Source of the DNA: Basidiobolus meristosporus CBS 931.73
Taxonomy: Eukaryota > Fungi > Basidiobolomycota
Assembly: GCA_002104905.1 (NCBI GenBank)
Contig: MCFE01000779.1
Coordinates: forward strand, 1-36,643
Direction of reading: 5' to 3'
Length of the DNA: 36,643 nt
This document shows, piece after piece, positions 10,210 through 18,599 of the stretch. The notes beneath the pieces are model-generated. The model was not told the DNA's origin. It made no database searches and saw only the letters and a program-made list of their open reading frames with translations. The position numbers and the translations under genes are program-made. How positions within the stretch are numbered: the stretch's first letter is position 1; each line of letters begins with the position of its first letter.

Positions 10210-11286
10210 CTACATTGCTCCAGATAATACAACTGATCTGGCCTGTAGTTCTACACGCTGACATGTTCTTTTACTTGCCAAAGGATCTGGTGGTGGAGGC
10301 ACTTCATGTGGGTCATCATCAGTCAGTTCACCAGAAGAAACTTGCTGATGGTCAGGTGTAATGGCACATGCAGATGCAACTTGATGCACTGGCATGGCCC
10401 TTGGCTGAGTTTGATGTGATGCTGCTTGTTGACGCAACTTGGCCTGCTCCAATGGACTTGTGTCTTTTTGAGCAGTTTGGTGGGCTCTGGTGGTTTTGCT
10501 CTGAAGCATGTGCATTGACCCAAAACACATTGAGTCAATGCGGGGTGCTCTTGTGAAGGGTGTTGGCATAGTTTGGACTGATGTGTGCTGGCATGCTGAA
10601 GTTGCAAGGGATGGTAAGGAATCCAGCAAGGCATGCTGGTGCAGTCTAGACAATGTTGCTTGCGGTCTGTATTTCTTCTCTTGAAGCTCACCTATGGATT
10701 CCTTAAAGTATTCACTTACCCTCTGTCTAATACTTTGGAACTGTTGGCTGGATGAGTCCTGTGTTTATTGCTCTTGGAAGCCAGTTACCTCTACTAATAT
10801 ATCATGTAATACATTGGTTATTTGAGGCAAAAACTCATTCAAAATCTCTTTGGTTCCCAAAGTCAAGGCACAAATGGATGCATCCGGCCCATACTGGGCA
10901 AATTGCATGCAAAATTGTTCCTGTGTGGTTTCCTCATCAAATCCCCGCACTCTCAGCTCATTCTTGACTTCAATACTTGTCTTGTTATATATCTTCTTAC
11001 ATACATCTGCTGACATCTTGATGTAGAAGTTATGCCACAGCTTTCTGCTCAGGTTCTTCCATCTCTGTTGACTCTCTGAGGTATCTAGTTCTGCTAGATT
11101 AATGAGTAGTGCCCAAATATCGGTATGAAGGCTCAATGTAAACACTTGGGCCATACTAAAGTCATTTGGCAAGAACTCAAACAGATCCAACATTGCCTTT
11201 TCCAGTCTGGACTGTGCTTGTGAGCTGGGGGATGGGTTTTGTCTTGGTTGAGCTGAAGATGAGCTGAGACTTGGTACAGGGACCAT
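10210..11286 (-). pseudogene. Second gene of the PHIS element (about 358 codons, one internal TAA), function unknown
   Basis: ORFs 10765..11286 and 10210..10653 are in the same frame; I translated 10654-10764 and found no stop, so only TAA at 10765-10767 separates them. Confidence 0.65.
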
Positions 11287-11811
11287 AGTGATGGATTTGA
11301 ATACTTATACAGTAGTATATTGGCATCAACCAGGTATTATATGAAATTTATATGAAAACTAATGTGATTGTTGAACTTTCCATATATTATGCATGATGCA
11401 TCTTGGATTGCATTGACATGGATCAGATCACATCAATTGCAGATTTCCTTTTGATTATAGATTTGTGAGTAAAACATCAATAAAAATACCCAGTCATTGT
11501 TTAGGGATGATTTTTGCAACATAATGATGTAATACATGACAATTGATGGAGATTTAATCATAATGCATGGAAAAGCAGATTAATAAAGCTGATTGAGCCA
11601 AATCAATCCCCTAAAATCATTTGGCAAGAACTTGAATGGATCTAACATCAACTTTTTTGGTCTGGACCACGCTTGGACCATCTACCCCAATCTACACAAG
11701 GAGATCCCTTGCTAAGCTTCTCTGCTACTACAAGAACTATAGCCCTACAAGGTTTCATCCCACCATCCATGGCAACAAAGTCCTAGAAGCTTTCATTTGC
11801 AGCTGACAGCA

Positions 11812-12462
11812 ATGGAGAACCACCTTGCAGAGGGTATGAATGACTTAGAGCAAGCTTAGAGTACTAGGTTCAGATGCTCCAATAGACTTCCATATCCCAG
11901 AGTGCTCAGCAACAGGTTCCATATAAGAAGTATTTTGGATACCTTCCCAGTCAGGATTAGAAGAACTTCTAGAGGGCAGACACACTTTTATTCTGGCAAG
12001 TACAAGGCACACTGTGTGAAGTATCAAGTGCTGTTTGATATTGAGGGAAGCACCATCTGGTTTTGTGGGCCATTTGCTGGAAGTAGGCATGACAAAGCAC
12101 TCTGGGTAGAGAATCATCCAGAATTCAGTAGAGGGGAGAAGTATATGGCAGACTTAGCCTATATAGGAGAGGATTGTCAGAGATTAGGATGTATTACAGC
12201 TTATAGGAAGCCAAGGTATGGTGTGCTTAGCAGGAAGCAGAAGCTATACAATGAGATATTTCATTATTTCAGAGTGAGGGTAGAGCATACATTTGGATAT
12301 CTGAAGAGATTCAGCATACTGGCAGGTAAGTATAGAGGAAAGGCATATATAGGAGAAAACAACAGAATAGGTAAAATAGTTAAGATACTTATCAATACAC
12401 AGTATATTCATACAAGAAGACATCCACTGAGAGAAAAGTGTCTGGAGCATTATGAAGAGTGA
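11812..12462 (+). pseudogene. DDE_Tnp_4 (IS5/Harbinger-type) transposase, 5' part disrupted
   Basis: ILDTFP, FYSGKYKAHCVKYQ, GSRHD, MADLAYIG and RVRVEHTFGYLKRF give a D-D-E triad; in-frame TAG at 11857-11859 upstream of the 186-aa ORF; the true start is probably further upstream. Confidence 0.88.
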
Positions 12463-12660
12463 ATAAAGCAAGGAAAGCACTACTCTGAGCAACATAAGTA
12501 AGGTTGAGTAAAATTACCAGTAGCTATATCCTACCACTGGCATTATGGTAGATATTATAGTGCCTGATAGTGCCAAATCAATTTGGCACTATAAACAGGC
12601 TGTCACTATGTGGCACTACCCAACGGAACAAGTCTAATATGTATCTACTACTTATGAATA

Positions 12661-13023
12661 TGTTGTTGAGTGAAAGTGTTATAGTTATTAAGTTGTCACC
12701 TAACTATTCATGCTAACTTAGTTACATACATTTTATTCTTTGATTAGAATTCTGTCCTGAATAAACTTCTTGTTGGGATTTACTTTGAATATTTTCATCA
12801 AATTATCCAACACCCAGATTATGATCTCCCTCAAAGTTGTCCAAAAGCCCCCAAGCTTTACACATGTTCTTGGGACTTTACTAAGCCTATTCTTTGTGTT
12901 CATTAAGCTAAGACCATGTAAAAGTATAAATACTACATTCACATTCAATAATTCATTAGGTGAAAGCCACATAAACTACTTGTCCTCCCAATCTCTTCCA
13001 ATATCTTCAAGACTCACACAATA
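12661..13023 (+). repeat. Copia family B 5' LTR (copy 1)
   Basis: Homologous to 29533-29939 and 15118-15462; TATA-like GTATAAATACT; followed by the PBS. The 5' boundary is approximate. Confidence 0.75.
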
Positions 13024-13099
13024 GGTTATGGTCCCTGAGCTGTCACTCTCTACAATATCTATTACTGCTATTACTTGAATTTTTTGCTGTGCCAAAAAG

Positions 13100-14027
13100 T
13101 GGCATGGATCTAACTACCAAGTGTGGAAGGTGAATATGAAGGAGCTGCTACAAGAAAGCAGCCCTTGGGATATTGTCATGGGAGAAGAACACTCTCCCAA
13201 AAACATGGGAGAGGAATCCTCAAAGTACTAGAAGAAACAATAAGGTGCCTTCAACTGTGTTTGCCTTAATATTAAAGACAAGTTGCTAATTCAATGTTTT
13301 GGAGCAAAAACAGCAAAGAATTCATGGAAAATATTAGAAGACATCTACCATTCATGTTCAGCAGCTAAGGAAATGTATCCAAGACAAAATTTCTTTACTA
13401 CAACAATGCTCTCAGGAGGAGAAATGAAGAATCTAAAATTTACTCTGCTTGTGGCTGAGATGGAAACTATCTGTGGATCAGCTACTGATGGTGATGTGGT
13501 AGTTTCCATTGTGAATAGCCTGACAGACAAGCTCCAGAGCCTTGTATCAATTTTGGAGTCCACAACTGAAGATTTGACCTTAAATTACATATATGGAAGG
13601 TGTTTTGATGAAGAATTAAGAATATCATGCACTAATAAGAAAGTAGAAGAAAATGCCCTCAATAAGCAATGATAACCAAGAAAAGTGGTACTCCAGACCT
13701 ATTAAAGGCATCAGCAGCCAATTTTACCACTACTGCAAAGGAAAGGGACAGATATTAGATTGGTGATTCAGAAAGAGAGAAAATCAACAAAAAAACCCTG
13801 AATATGGAAATGCAGCAACAACTGAAGATACTCTATTTGTATCTGAATTAAATATGACCACAAACAAATATTCTAAGAAATGGTATATTGACTGTGGAGT
13901 ATCTCAACACTTTACACACCAAAAAGAACTTTTTATATAATATCAAGAAATTCCAATCAAGAAGTTTTTCATGTGACACAGCAGAACACTTGATGCAATG
14001 GGAGAAGAAACTATCCAGGTAAACCTC
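13100..14027 (+). pseudogene. gag: Copia family B gag-protease remnant
   Basis: SNYQVWKVNM, AKNSWKILEDIY, LTLNYIYGR and WYIDCGVSQH; multiple stops. Confidence 0.82.
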
Positions 14028-15117
14028 TGAGTTAACTCACACTTACCTTTGCTACAGTATTCTATGTATACAGACTCTACAATGCCAAAGCAAAGAAGCT
14101 AATCAAGTCCAGGGATGTGTGGTTTGATGAAAATTTAAGATTTTCACAAAAAATGATATCTGATGATGACAAAAATCTGATCTAAAGTCCACCAATTGTC
14201 AGGATTGAATCAGATCAAAATAATGAGATCTTTTTCACTGCAGAGGACACTAAAGCCATGGTTCAGCCCAAATCAGTTCCCAGGAATATCTCAGAAGTGA
14301 TCATTCCAGTATCAAATGCCTGGAGATCCAATTGGACACAAAATAGCCCAAGTTACCATATCAATCAGGGTACAAACCTAGCCTGTTCCTATTTGGTTCA
14401 TATTGATGAGCCCCACCTGTAAAAGAGACCCTAAATATCCCTCAGCCAAAGTTTTGGAGATCTGCCATGACTGAGGAATATCAGGCCCTGATGGAAAATC
14501 AAACTTGGGACTTGGTCAAATTACCAATTGACCAAAAATCAATTGGATGTATATGGGTCTATAAGACAAACCCTATGAAGTATAATTTGGTCAAAGGAGT
14601 CACTATTAAACAAGAAGATATATAACTTAAATGGCCAGATATGGAAGAAACTAATATCAGCTCCAGATCTGCACATATTATCCCAGATAGAAGATCTAGT
14701 AGAAAAGAAAAGCCCTTGGATCTTTGTGGCTCATATCCAATGACCATGAAGCAGCTTTTCATGCCTAATATTCCAAACCTCAGTACTTAGAATTGGTTGT
14801 GTAAGATTCAGATGTTAATATGGAGCAACAAGCCATTCATGGGGAGTACTAATCACATCTCAAGGCAAAAACATGGGACTGGTAGAGTCACCAATTGAGA
14901 GAAAGCCAACCAGATGGCTCTACCCAATCAAGATAGCCTCACATGTTACTGTTGCTAAGAACAGAGCTAGGTTGGTGGCTAAAGGGTACTCTAGAACCCA
15001 CAGACTTGGTTTGGAGGAAAGTTTAGCTCCAGTAGCCAGGTTTGACTCCATTAGGACAGCTCTAGCCCTGGAAGCTGTACACAGTCTGGATCTACACTGG
15101 ATGGACTTCAAAACTGC

Positions 15118-15462
15118 TGTAAAAGTTTGTGATTCCACCTAAATACTTACCTAACTTAGTCACTTAGATCATTACGTTGAGATCCTAGAGAATACTGATC
15201 AAGTTCCTTGTTGGGATCTACTTAGAATATTTTCACTAAATGCCAAGTACCTAGAACACAAAAATTCTCAGGTTGTCCAAACAACTCCAAAACTTTGCAC
15301 ACATGTTCTTTGGACCTTCCTTAGCCTATTTTATGGGTTTGTAATGCCAAGACCATGTAAAAGTATAAATACTACTTTTACATTCAGTAAATCATTAAGA
15401 GGAAACCACATAATCTACTTGTTCTCCCAATCAGTTCCCATATCTCCAAGAATCTTACAACA
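15118..15462 (+). repeat. Copia family B 3' LTR, 5'-truncated
   Basis: Colinear with the interior of 29533-29939 and ends CTTACAACA; fused directly to the RT motif MDFKTA. Confidence 0.85.
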
Positions 15463-15503
15463 AAAACTGCCTCTGTATATGGAACTTCCAAGAAACAGTT
15501 TGT

Positions 15504-16207
15504 TGTTATGATCTGTTGCTTGAATGTCTAAGTTAGCTGAGCTTTTAGTCAAACCAAATAGTGTTATGTGTGGCCTATCAGTATTTCAATATTATCCATT
15601 AAATCAGTACTCTAAGTCAGCAGACAATTCAGCAAATCCTTATCAGTCAGAAATAGATATATTATGTAAGATTTAATTGGTTAATGATGAGCAATCAAAT
15701 GAGTCATCAGTGACCACCTATACTTAATTCAATTGGTCTGGCAGTACATATGGAGCTGTTGGAATCTCAATAGGAATCAGTTGAAGTTTTAGTCAGTACA
15801 ATACTATCTAAACTCCCTATTCCTCTACAACTATTATGTCCAGACTTGTAACACTTGAATGCTTAAGTAAAATCAGTTTTTACTCAGATCAATTAGTTCT
15901 TTGCTTGGCCTATCAATAAATCAGTATTTGCTATCAAATCAGCAGGATCAGTCCACAGGTAAATCAGCAGATCCTGGACAGATAGAAGTAGATGTATTAA
16001 GTACAATCTAATTGGGTGACAATGATGCAATCAAATGAATCATCAGCCACAACCTACATTAGGGAGCACAATTATTTAACAATTGTTCTGGCAAATTGAA
16101 TACATGGAGCTGCTGGAACTCAAATAAAGATCAGTTCAAGTTTTAGTAAATGCAATACTAGCAAAACTCCCTATTCCTCTACAACTCTTGTATCAATACT
16201 TGTAACA
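15504..16207 (+). repeat. Two tandem gypsy family C LTRs (15504-15853 and 15854-16207)
   Basis: Both end ...CCCTATTCCTCTACAACT...ACTTGTAACA; the second lacks about 15 bp at its start. Confidence 0.85.
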
Positions 16208-16208
16208 T

Positions 16209-16218
16209 TGGTAGCAGC
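16209..16218 (+). promoter_or_regulatory. Primer-binding site for the tRNA 3' end (iMet-like)
   Basis: TGGTAGCAGC one base after the LTR end TGTAACA. Confidence 0.7.
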
Positions 16219-16472
16219 AATAACTAGTAACCTCCTTCCTGATGAAAGAAGAAGCTTCTCCCAAGATGTCAGATAATCAAGAATGGAAGAATGCTATGCA
16301 GAAAATCCTGGCCCAACAGCAGCAGTTATTGTATATCCTTAGTCCATAACAACAAGGAATGATTATCATGGCCCAGAACCAGCAAAGCCCTGGTGAAAGC
16401 AACTTTAGTGTGAAAGTCAACCAGTCCCATGGTAGAGTCAATAAGAACCTGGTAACTTGCTATTTCAGGATG

Positions 16473-17712
16473 TGTTGCATTGTATTATGATTAGTTTGGG
16501 GCTTGTTCTACAATGTAGAGGCTAATCAACAATATACAACAACTGCCAGTATGCTAATACTAAAATAGTTTATTGGGAGTTTGATATACCAATAGAAGAT
16601 ATAAGTTTCACTAATTTCCTCAATCTTAGGCTCAAAATATACTGTAGACAGTGTTTATCACTTCTACAGCAGTGTTCTGACCTTCTGTTGACTAATGGGC
16701 TTATTTACTTTTATAGTAACTCTTCCTTATTTGGAAGTCACTTTCCTTTCTGAGAAAATATTTCCTAATATGGAAATTCTGGACTCCCCTTTAGCCTAAA
16801 GGGGTGTGTTGTAGAAGTCTCTAACGGGGTCTTTAGACCTGAAGGGGTGTCTTAAGGGGTGTCTTTAGAATAAAGGGGCTTCTTATAGTGGTCTCTAAAG
16901 TGGACTTTACACTAAAGGGGTGCCTAAAGGGGCTTCTTTAGAGTAAAGGGGTTTCTTAAAGGTGTCTCTAAAGGGGTCTATAGACTAAAGGGGTGTCTAA
17001 AGGGGTGTCTTTAGAGTAAAGGGGTTTCTTAGAGATGACTTTTCCAACAGAAAAGTGGTAGTTTCTTGTAGAACTTAGATTGGATTCTTGTGAGCTTTGC
17101 AGTTTCTTTACTGATGTAGTACTGATCAAAGTCAGAATACTCAACAGTGCAAGTGATGCAGGGGAAGTCTTATAACCTTTAAACTTGTAATTGTAGTGTG
17201 GAGATTCTGGAAAGAGAGGCTCTCTCTTTATTTTTCAGCTGGGGAAGTCATATATATGAAAATTTTGAAGGATCAAAGTCTGGGCAATTGCACAAGCAAT
17301 ACACATGATACAAAGCTAAACTTTTGCAGTAGTGCAGATCGGACATAGGCTCAGCACCTGTGAAAATTTCACGTGATTTGATTAGCTGGTTTGAAAGTTA
17401 CACGCAATCAAACTCACCATAGTAATCCTAGCAACAAGGCATAGTATACATAATAATTGGACTCTTTGGTCATAACTCCGTAAGTACTGCTTCAAATGAG
17501 CTGTAATTTGAAACATGTGTTGACTACTACGTGCTCTGTATGATATAGTATTCTTGGGTGGATTGTTTGTCAGGGTCTGGAGCATTTTCTCTTCAAAGCT
17601 GGAAATTCTTGATCTTTCACTTGTGTGTTATGATAGCAAAAAGCAAAATAAAGGAATGAGTGCAATATTGGTTTAGAGATATTGTAGTAATGGAATACTT
17701 TCCATTACCACA
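16473..17712 (-). repeat. Large solo LTR-like insertion (1240 bp) with 4-bp TSD
   Basis: TG...CA ends; GATG at 16469-16472 and 17713-17716; removal restores gag LFQDEEAF; minus strand shows TATATATG followed about 20 bp later by AATAAA near 17230-17258. Confidence 0.75.
16797..17038. repeat. Minisatellite of TAAAGGGG-core units arranged as three 73-74 bp higher-order repeats
   Basis: Higher-order units start at 16819, 16893 and 16966; about 14 (T)AAAGGGG-like cores. Confidence 0.9.
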
Positions 17713-18599
17713 GATGAAGAAGCTTTTAAGGATCAAATAATTGCCCCAGAAAGCAAGTTGCATTATGCAGTTTCTAACTTGGTAGATGCAGCTTTATAGT
17801 GGTACCACAACAAGCTTAGATCCACCACTATGATGGGATACTCAACTATCTCTACCTGGGATGAGTTTGTGTCCAAAATTTAGGATGCTTTTGAGCCTTC
17901 ACATCAGCAGACACTGCTAAGAAGGAAACTGAAGACACTCAGACAGAAAGGAATGGTTGAGGAATACACTTATTAGTAAAAATATCTGCTTGGACATACT
18001 GAAAGATTGGACCCCTATAATGAGGTTGAGTACTTGATTGATGGTTTGACCGTATGACAAATAATTTGGTCCTACTGGTAGATCCAATCCAGATTAGCCA
18101 TCAGGATCCTGTATGGAGACCATCATAATACTAGCAGTTTGGAATTAGTGACCCTCTGAGCAATAATTTGACAGAATCACAACAGTGTTTAGCTTATTTT
18201 ACTGCCAAATAAATGGATAAACTTGACAGGGTTTGATTGGTGCTCTGGTAATAATTGCATGGCATTGTGGCAGTCTCTGTGTGCTCTACAGCTATATTAA
18301 ATGGAGCTAACCAGCCAGTACATTCAATTGCCTTATATGGCAAAAACTTGACAGTGTTTTAAAGGCCTCATTGCAAGTCTCTGATGGCATAATGATGGCA
18401 TTATGGTGGCCAATAGCTAGTGCTGTTAATGCTACTGTACCAATTTACCAAAGGTATTTCCTTTTTCTGCCTCCCCTTATGCAACTCATATATTACACTG
18501 TAGAATCACCCCTCTTTATTTGCTTACCCAATACTACCTTAGGTATTCCATATATAGCTCAAATCAAAAAACCTATGACCTCCTGCTTACCAACTTCTA

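Larger units (their letters stand above)
9299..12635 (+). mobile_element. PHIS (PIF/Harbinger-ISL2EU-related) / IS5-like DDE DNA transposon with two divergent genes
   Basis: TIRs AGACTTGTTCCATTG (9299-9313) and CAACGGAACAAGTCT (12621-12635), 14/15 identical; AAT duplicated at 9296-9298 and 12636-12638; encloses a DDE_Tnp_4-type ORF. Confidence 0.88.
12661..15462 (+). mobile_element. Internally deleted copia family B element carrying a family A segment (chimera)
   Basis: LTR 12661-13023, PBS GGTTATGGTCCCTGAGC at 13024, gag, protease start, deletion of integrase, RT start, family A linker/RT segment, then a partial 3' LTR 15118-15462; no matching TSD found. Confidence 0.85.
16266..18049 (+). 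pseudogene. gag: Gypsy family C gag remnant, split by a 1240-bp insertion and truncated by CACTA copy 2
   Basis: MSDNQEWK..VKVNQSHGRVNKNL; after the insertion EEAFKDQIIAPESKLHYAVSNLVDAAL*WY..TWDEFVSKI..LLRRKLKTLRQKGMVEEY..EYLIDGL (Retrotrans_gag-like). Confidence 0.8.

Noticed and set aside
12656-15467. Target-site duplication around copia B copy 1
   Set aside because: The flanks GAATA and AAAAC do not match, so the unit cannot be shown to have integrated as a whole.
16797-17038. CRISPR array or telomeric repeat
   Set aside because: There are no unique spacers or constant repeat, the units are degenerate TAAAGGGG rather than TTAGGG arrays, and the tract lies inside an LTR-like insertion in eukaryotic DNA.
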